DNA of 64,000 bases from Eledone cirrhosa (taxonomy: Eukaryota): positions 191,022,001 to 191,086,000 of the forward strand of contig OZ024742.1 of assembly GCA_964016885.1 (NCBI GenBank), read 5' to 3'. Both the position numbers and the translations under genes were made by a program. Positions 57,322 through 64,000 of the stretch are shown piece after piece. Numbering within the stretch: the stretch's first letter is position 1; the number at the start of each line of letters is the position of its first letter. Below the pieces are notes generated by a model, which ran no database searches, had not been told where the DNA came from, and saw only the letters and a program-made list of their open reading frames with translations.

Positions 57322-60300
57322 GTGGCATTGGTGTTGGGGCTGGTGTTGGGGCTGGTGTTGGGGATGGTGTTGGGACTAGTGTTGGGGCTGTTGTTGGGGG
57401 CCGTGTTGGTGTTGTTTGTTCTTGATAGTGGTCGATGTTGTGGTATGAGAGATGGTGTTAGTGGTAAAGTCAGCAGTAGTTATGGTAGCATCCGTAAAGT
57501 TTATAGTGTTGGTAATGATGGTGATGGTAGTAGAGGTAATGGTTATAGTGTTGGGAATGATGGTGATGGTAGTAGAGATAATGGTTATAGTGCTGGTAAT
57601 GATGGTGATGGTAGTAGAGGTAATGGTTATAGTGTTGGGAATGATGGTGATGGTAGTAGAGGTAATGGTTATAGTGTTGGGAATGATGGTGATGGTAGTA
57701 GAGGTAATGGTTATAGTGTTGGGAATGATGGTGATGATAGTAGAGGTAATGGTTATAGTATTGGGAATGTTGGTGATGGTAGTAGTGGTAATTGTTATAG
57801 TGTTGGGAATGATGGTGATGGTAGTAGAGGTAATGGTTATAGTGTTGGTAATGATGGTGATGGTAGTGGAGGTAATGGTTATAGTGTTGGGAATGATGGT
57901 GATGGTAGTGGAGATAATGGTTATAGTGTTGGTAATGATGGTGATGGTAGTAGAGGTAATGGTTATAGTGTTGGTAATGATGGTGATGGTAGTAGAGGTA
58001 ATGGTTATAGTGTTGGGAATGATGGTGATGGTAGTAGAGGTAATGGTTATAGTGTTGGTAATGATGGTGATGGTAGTAGAGGTAATGGTTATAGTGTTGG
58101 GAATGATGGTGATGGTAGTGGAGATAATGGTTATAGTGTTGGTAATGATGGTGATGGTAGTAGAGGTAATGGTTATAGTGTTGGTAATGATGGTGATGGT
58201 AGTAGAGGTAATGGTTATAGTGTTGGGAATGATGGTGATGGTAGTAGAGGTAATGGTTATAGTGTTGGGAATGATGGTGATGGTAGTAGAGGTAATGGTT
58301 ATAGTGTTGGGAATGATGGTGATGGTAGTAGTGGTAATGGTTATAGTGTTGGGAATGATGGTGATGGTAGTAGTGGTAATGGTTATAGTGTTGGGAATGA
58401 TGGTGATGGTAGTAGAGGTAATGGTTATAGTGTTGGGAATGATGGTGATGGTAGTAGAGGTAATGGTTATAGTGTTGGGAATGATGGTGATGGTAGTAGA
58501 GGTAATGGTTATAGTGTTGGGAATGATGGTGATGGTAGTAGAGGTAATGGTTATAGTGTTGGTAATGATGGTGATGGTAGCAGCTATGATGGTTATAGTG
58601 TTGGGAATGATGGTGATGGTAGTAGAGGTAATGGTTATAGTATTGGTAATGATGGTGATGGTAGTAGAGGTAATGGTTATAGTGTTGGTAATGATGGTGA
58701 TGGTAGTAGAGGTAATGGTTATAGTGTTGGGAATGATGGTGATGGTAGTAGAGGTAATGTTTATTGTGTTGGGAATGATGGTGATGGTAGTAGAGATAAT
58801 GGTTATAGTGTTGGGAATGATGGTGATGGTAGTGGAGGTAATGGTTCTAGTGTTGGTAATGATGGTGATGGTAGTAGAGGCAATGGTTATAGTGTTGGGA
58901 ATGATGGTGATGGTAGTAGAGGTAATGGTTATAGTGTTGGTAATGATGGTGATGGTAGCAGCTATGATGGTTATAGTGTTGGGAATGATGGTGATGGTAG
59001 TAGAGGTAATGGTTATAGTGTTGGTAATGATGGTGATGGTAGTAGAGGTAATGGTTATAGTGTTGGGAATGATGGTGATGGTAGGAGAGGTAATGGTTAT
59101 AGTGTTGGTAATGATGGTGATGGTAGTAGAGGTAATGGTTATAGTGTTGGTAATGATGGTGATGGTAGTAGAGGTAATGGTTATAGTGTTGGGAATGATG
59201 GTGATGGTAGGAGAGGTAATGGTTATAGTGTTGGTAATGATGGTGATGGTAGTAGAGGTAATGGTTATAGTGTTGGGAATGATGGTGATGGTAGCAGCTA
59301 TGATGGTTATAGTGTTGGGAATGATGGTGATGGTAGTAGAGGTAATGGTTATAGTGTTGGTAATGATGGTGATGGTAGTAGAGGTAATGGTTATAGTGTT
59401 GGAAATGATGGTGATGGTAGGAGAGGTAATGGTTATAGTGTTGGTAATGATGGTGATGGTAGTAGAGGTAATGGTTATAGTGTTGGTAATGATGGTGATG
59501 GTAGTAGAGGTAATGGTTATAGTGTTGGGAATGATGGTGATGGTAGGAGAGGTAATGGTTATAGTGTTGGTAATGATGGTGATGGTAGTAGAGGTAATGG
59601 TTATAGTGTTGGGAATGATGGTGATGGTAGTGGAGGTAATGGTTATAGTGTTGGGAATGATGGTGATGGTAGTAGAGGTAATGGTTATAGTGTTGGGAAT
59701 GATGGTGATGGTAGTGGAGATAATGGTTATAGTGTTGGGAATGATGGTGATGGTAGTAGAGGTAATGGTTATAGTGTTGGGAATGATGGTGATGGTAGTA
59801 GAGATAATGGTTATAGTGTTGGGAATGATGGTGATGGTAGTAGAGGTAATGGTTATAGTGTTGGTAATGATGGTGATGGTAGTAGAGGTAATGGTTATAG
59901 TGTTGGTAATGATGGTGATGGTAGTAGAGGTAATGGTTATAGTGTTGGTAATGATGGTGATGGTAGTAGAGGTAATGGTTATAGTGTTGGGAATGATGGT
60001 GATGGTAGTAGAGGTAATGGTTATAGTGTTGGGAATGATGGTGATGGTAGTGGAGATAATGGTTATAGTGTTGGGAATGATGGTGATGGTAGTAGAGGTA
60101 ATGGTTATAGTGTTGGGAATGATGGTGATGGTAGTAGAGATAATGGTTATAGTGTTGGGAATGATGGTGATGGTAGTAGAGGTAATGGTTATAGTGTTGG
60201 TAATGATGGTGATGGTAGTAGAGGTAATGGTTATAGTGTTGGTAATGATGGTGATGGTAGTAGAGGTAATGGTTATAGTGTTGGTAATGATGGTGATGGT

Positions 60301-62136
60301 AGTAGAGGTAATGGTTATAGTGTTGGGAATGATGGTGATGGTAGTGGAGATAATGGTTATAGTGTTGGGAATGATGGTGATGGTAGTAGAGGTAATGGTT
60401 ATAGTGTTGGTAATGATGGTGATGGTAGTGGAGATAATGGTTATAGTGTTGGGAATGATGGTGATGGTAGTAGAGGTAATGGTTATAGTGTTGGGAATGA
60501 TGGTGATGGTAGTAGAGATAATGGTTATAGTGTTGGGAATGATGGTGATGGTAGTAGAGGTAATGTTTATAGTGTTGGTAATGATGGTGATGGTAGTAGA
60601 GGTAATGGTTATAGTGTTGGGAATGATGGTGATGGTAGTAGAGGTAATGTTTATAGTGTTGGTAATGATGGTGATGGTAGTAGAGGTAATGGTTATAGTG
60701 TTGGGAATGATGGTGAAGGTAGTATAGGTAATGGTTATAGTGTTGGGAATGATGGTGATGGTAGTAGAGATAATGGTTATAGTGTTGGGAATGATGGTGA
60801 TGGTAGTAGAGGTAATGGTTATAGTGTTGGTAATGATGGTGATGGTAGTAGAGGTAATGGTTATAGTGTTGGGAATGATGGTGATGGTAGTAGAGATAAT
60901 GGTTATAGTGTTGGGAATGATGGTGATGGTAGTAGAGGTAATGGTTATAGTGTTGGTAATGATGGTGATGGTAGTGGAGGTAATGGTTATAGTGTTGGGA
61001 ATGATGGTGATGGTAGTAGAGGTAATGTTTATAGTGTTGGGAATGATGGTGATGGTAGTAGAGGTAATGGTTATAGTGTTGGGAATGATGGTGATGGTAG
61101 TAGAGGTAATGGTTATAGTGTTGGGAATGATGGTGATGGTAGTAGAGGTAATGGTTATAGTGTTGGGAATGATGGTGATGGTAGTAGAGGTAATGTTTAT
61201 AGTGTTGGGAATGATGGTGATGGTAGTAGAGGTAATGGTTATAGTGTTGGGAATGATGGTGATGGTAGTAGTGGTAATGGTTATAGTGTTGGTAATGATG
61301 GTGATGGTAGTAGAGGTAATGGTTATAGTGTTGGTAATGATGGTGATGGTAGTAGAGGTAATGGTTATAGTGTTGGTAATGATGGTGATGGTAGTAGAGG
61401 TAATGGTTATAGTGTTGGTAATGATGGTGATGGTAGTAGAGGTAATGGTTATAGTGTTGGGAATGATGGTGATGGTAGTAGTGGTAATGGTTATAGTGTT
61501 GGTAATGATGGTGATGGTAGTGGAAGTAATGGTTATAGTGTTGGTAATGATGGTGATGGTAGTAGAGGTAATGGTTATAGTGTTGGTAATGATGGTGATG
61601 GTAGTAGAGGTAATGGTTATAGTGTTGGGAATGATGGTGATGGTAGTAGAGGTAATGGTTATAGTGTTGGTAATGATGGTGATGGTAGTAGTGGTAATGG
61701 TTATAGTGTTGGTAATGATGGTGATGGTAGTAGAGGTAATGGTTATAGTGTGGGAATGATGGTGATGGTAGTAGAGGTAATGGTTATAGTGTTGGGAATG
61801 ATGGTGATGGTAGTAGAGGTAATGGTTATAGTGTTGGTAATGATGGTGATGGTAGTAGTGGTAATGGTTATAGTGTTGGGAATGATGGTGATGGTAGTAG
61901 AGATAATGGTTATAGTGTTGGTAATGATGGTGATGGTAGTAGTGGTAATGGTTATAGTGTTGGGAATGATGGTGATGGTAGTAGTGGTAATGGTTATAGT
62001 GTTGGGAATGATGGTGATGCTAGTAGTGGTAATGGTTATAGTGTTGGGAATGATGGTGATGGTAGTAGAGGTAATGGTTATAGTGTTGGGAATTATGGTG
62101 ATGGTAGTAGTGGTAATGGTTATAGTGTTGGAATGA
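57322..62136 (+). CDS. Hypothetical Gly/Asn/Asp/Ser-rich repeat protein; may be a non-coding satellite
   Basis: 1604-codon open frame with a hydrophobic N-terminus, but it begins at GTG and the leader is itself a 12-bp repeat. Confidence 0.2.
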   Translation: MALVLGLVLGLVLGMVLGLVLGLLLGAVLVLFVLDSGRCCGMRDGVSGKVSSSYGSIRKVYSVGNDGDGSRGNGYSVGNDGDGSRDNGYSAGNDGDGSRGNGYSVGNDGDGSRGNGYSVGNDGDGSRGNGYSVGNDGDDSRGNGYSIGNVGDGSSGNCYSVGNDGDGSRGNGYSVGNDGDGSGGNGYSVGNDGDGSGDNGYSVGNDGDGSRGNGYSVGNDGDGSRGNGYSVGNDGDGSRGNGYSVGNDGDGSRGNGYSVGNDGDGSGDNGYSVGNDGDGSRGNGYSVGNDGDGSRGNGYSVGNDGDGSRGNGYSVGNDGDGSRGNGYSVGNDGDGSSGNGYSVGNDGDGSSGNGYSVGNDGDGSRGNGYSVGNDGDGSRGNGYSVGNDGDGSRGNGYSVGNDGDGSRGNGYSVGNDGDGSSYDGYSVGNDGDGSRGNGYSIGNDGDGSRGNGYSVGNDGDGSRGNGYSVGNDGDGSRGNVYCVGNDGDGSRDNGYSVGNDGDGSGGNGSSVGNDGDGSRGNGYSVGNDGDGSRGNGYSVGNDGDGSSYDGYSVGNDGDGSRGNGYSVGNDGDGSRGNGYSVGNDGDGRRGNGYSVGNDGDGSRGNGYSVGNDGDGSRGNGYSVGNDGDGRRGNGYSVGNDGDGSRGNGYSVGNDGDGSSYDGYSVGNDGDGSRGNGYSVGNDGDGSRGNGYSVGNDGDGRRGNGYSVGNDGDGSRGNGYSVGNDGDGSRGNGYSVGNDGDGRRGNGYSVGNDGDGSRGNGYSVGNDGDGSGGNGYSVGNDGDGSRGNGYSVGNDGDGSGDNGYSVGNDGDGSRGNGYSVGNDGDGSRDNGYSVGNDGDGSRGNGYSVGNDGDGSRGNGYSVGNDGDGSRGNGYSVGNDGDGSRGNGYSVGNDGDGSRGNGYSVGNDGDGSGDNGYSVGNDGDGSRGNGYSVGNDGDGSRDNGYSVGNDGDGSRGNGYSVGNDGDGSRGNGYSVGNDGDGSRGNGYSVGNDGDGSRGNGYSVGNDGDGSGDNGYSVGNDGDGSRGNGYSVGNDGDGSGDNGYSVGNDGDGSRGNGYSVGNDGDGSRDNGYSVGNDGDGSRGNVYSVGNDGDGSRGNGYSVGNDGDGSRGNVYSVGNDGDGSRGNGYSVGNDGEGSIGNGYSVGNDGDGSRDNGYSVGNDGDGSRGNGYSVGNDGDGSRGNGYSVGNDGDGSRDNGYSVGNDGDGSRGNGYSVGNDGDGSGGNGYSVGNDGDGSRGNVYSVGNDGDGSRGNGYSVGNDGDGSRGNGYSVGNDGDGSRGNGYSVGNDGDGSRGNVYSVGNDGDGSRGNGYSVGNDGDGSSGNGYSVGNDGDGSRGNGYSVGNDGDGSRGNGYSVGNDGDGSRGNGYSVGNDGDGSRGNGYSVGNDGDGSSGNGYSVGNDGDGSGSNGYSVGNDGDGSRGNGYSVGNDGDGSRGNGYSVGNDGDGSRGNGYSVGNDGDGSSGNGYSVGNDGDGSRGNGYSVGMMVMVVEVMVIVLGMMVMVVEVMVIVLVMMVMVVVVMVIVLGMMVMVVEIMVIVLVMMVMVVVVMVIVLGMMVMVVVVMVIVLGMMVMLVVVMVIVLGMMVMVVEVMVIVLGIMVMVVVVMVIVLE

Positions 62137-64000
62137 TGGTGATGGTAGTAGTGGTAATGGTTATAGTGTTGGGAATGATGGTGATGTAGTAGTGGTAATG
62201 GTTATAGTGTTGGGAATGTGGTGATGGAGTAGAGATAATGGTTAGTGTTGGGAATGATGGTGATGGTAGTAGAGGTAATGGTTATAGTGTTGGGAATGAT
62301 GGTGATGGTAGTAGAGGTAATTGTTATAGTGTTGGGATTGTGTGGTAGTAGTGGTAATGGTTATAGTGTTGGGATTGATGGTGATGGTAGTAGAGGTAAT
62401 GGTTATAGTGTTGGGAATGATGGTGATGGTAGTGGAGGTAATGGTTATAGTGTTGGGAATGATGGTGATGATAGTAGTGGTAATGGTTATAGTGTTGGGA
62501 ATGATGGTGATGGTAGTAGTGGTAATGGTTATAGTGTTGGGAATGATGGTGATGGTACTAGAGGTAATGGTTATAGTGTTGGTAATGATGGTGATGGTAG
62601 TAGAGGTAATGGTTATAGTGTTGGGAATGATGGTGATGGTAGTAGAGATAATGGTTATAGTGTTGGGAATGATGGTGATGGTAGTAGAGGTAATGGTTAT
62701 AGTGTTGGGATGATGGTGATGGACTAGAGGTAATGGTTATAGTGTTGGGAATGATGGTGATGGTAGTAGAGGTAATGGTTATAGTGTTGGGAATGATGGT
62801 GATGGTAGTAGTGGTAATGGTTATAGTGTTGGGAATGATGGTGATGGTAGTAGTGGTAATGGTTATAGTGTTGGGAATGATGGTGATGGAAGTAGAGATA
62901 ATGGTTAGTGTTGGGAATGATGGTGATGGTAGTAGAGGTAATGGTTATAGTGTGGGAATGATGGTGATGGTAGTAGAGGTAATTGTTATAGTGTTGGGAA
63001 TGATGGTGATGGTAGTAGAGGTAATGGTTATAGTGTTGGGAATGATGGTGATGGTAGTGGAGGTAATGGTTATAGTGTTGGGAATGATGGTGATGGTAGT
63101 AGTGGTAATGGTTATTAGTGTTGGGAATGATGGTGATGGTAGTAGTGGTAATGGTATAGTGTTGGGAATAATGGTGATGGTATAGAGGTATGGTTATAGT
63201 GTTGGGAATGATGGTGATGGTAGTAGAGGTAATGGTTATAGTGTTGGGAATGATGGTGATGGTAGTAGAGGTAATGGTTATAGTGTTGGGAATGATGTTG
63301 ATGGTAGTAGAGGTAATGGTTATAGTGTTGGGAATGATGGTGATGGTAGTAGAGGTAGTGGTTATAGTGTTGGGAATGATGGTGATGGTAGTAGAGATAA
63401 TGGTTATAGTGTTGGGAATGATGGTGATGGTAGTAGAGATAATGGTTATAGTGTTGGGAATGATGGTGATGGTAGTAGAGGTAATGGTTATAGTGTTGGT
63501 AATGATGGTGATGGTAGTAGAGGTAATGGTTATAGTGTTGGGAATGATGGTGATGGTAGTAGAGGTAATGGTTATAGTGTTGGGAATGATGGTGATGGTA
63601 GTAGAGGTAATGGTTATAGTGTTGGGAATGATGGTGATGGTAGTGGAGGTAATGGTTATAGTGTTGGAATGATGGTGATGGTAGTAGTGGTAATGGTTAT
63701 AGTGTTGGGAATGATGGTGATGGTAGTAGTGGTAATGGTTATAGTGTTGGGAATGATTGGTGATGGTACAAGAGGTAATGGTTATAGTGTTGGGAATGAT
63801 GGTGATGGTAGTAGAGGTAATGGTTATAGTGTTGGGAATGATGGTGATGGTAGTAGAGATAATGGTTAGTGTTGGGAATGATGGTGATGGGTAGTAGAGG
63901 TAATGGTTATAGTGTTGGTAATGATGGTGATGGTAGTAGAGGAAATGGTTATAGTGTTGGGAATGATGGTGATGGTAGTAGAGATAATGGTTAGTGTTGG
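57499..64000 (+). repeat. 42-bp minisatellite (GGTAATGGTTATAGTGTTGGKAATGATGGTGATGGTAGTAGA)n, ~155 units, running off the window end
   Basis: Period 42 (e.g. 57661, 57703; lines repeat every 420 nt). Reads GNGYSVGNDGDGSR in frame 1, with open frames on both strands. Confidence 0.97.

Noticed and set aside
57452-63869. MVIVLGMMVMVVEV-repeat ORFs
   Set aside because: Alternative frame of the 42-bp array; almost wholly hydrophobic and implausible.
57499-64000. CRISPR-like regular repeat
   Set aside because: No unique spacers, no cas genes, and a eukaryotic context.

Overview
AT-rich, microsatellite-dense eukaryotic DNA. The repeat content looks cephalopod/octopus-like (tRNA-headed SINEs with a Meta-type core, dense (TA)n/(CA)n), but the species is inferred, not shown. 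No complete host gene is visible and most short ORFs in the track are microsatellite artefacts. Recognisable content: a decayed Penelope-like element (RT + GIY-YIG, ~1.9-6.8 kb, minus); a near full-length L1/Tx1-clade LINE with an internal RT deletion (19.9-25.3 kb, minus); RTE and CR1 LINE fragments; a second Penelope-like GIY-YIG fragment (~53-54 kb); SINE clusters; an 18-bp and a 42-bp triplet-based minisatellite that form long open frames; and a 200-N gap. The main hidden signal is non-coding. Many short elements sit in or next to (TA)n tracts, belong to several families with no evident similarity elsewhere, and carry minimal type-I hammerhead ribozyme motifs (CUGANGA...GAAA...NUH with paired stem I and often palindromic stem III). 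One family forms a ~442-447-bp tandem array with one hammerhead per unit, as retrozymes do. Several others are fold-back palindromes whose symmetry centre lies at or near the ribozyme. All folds were checked by eye only.
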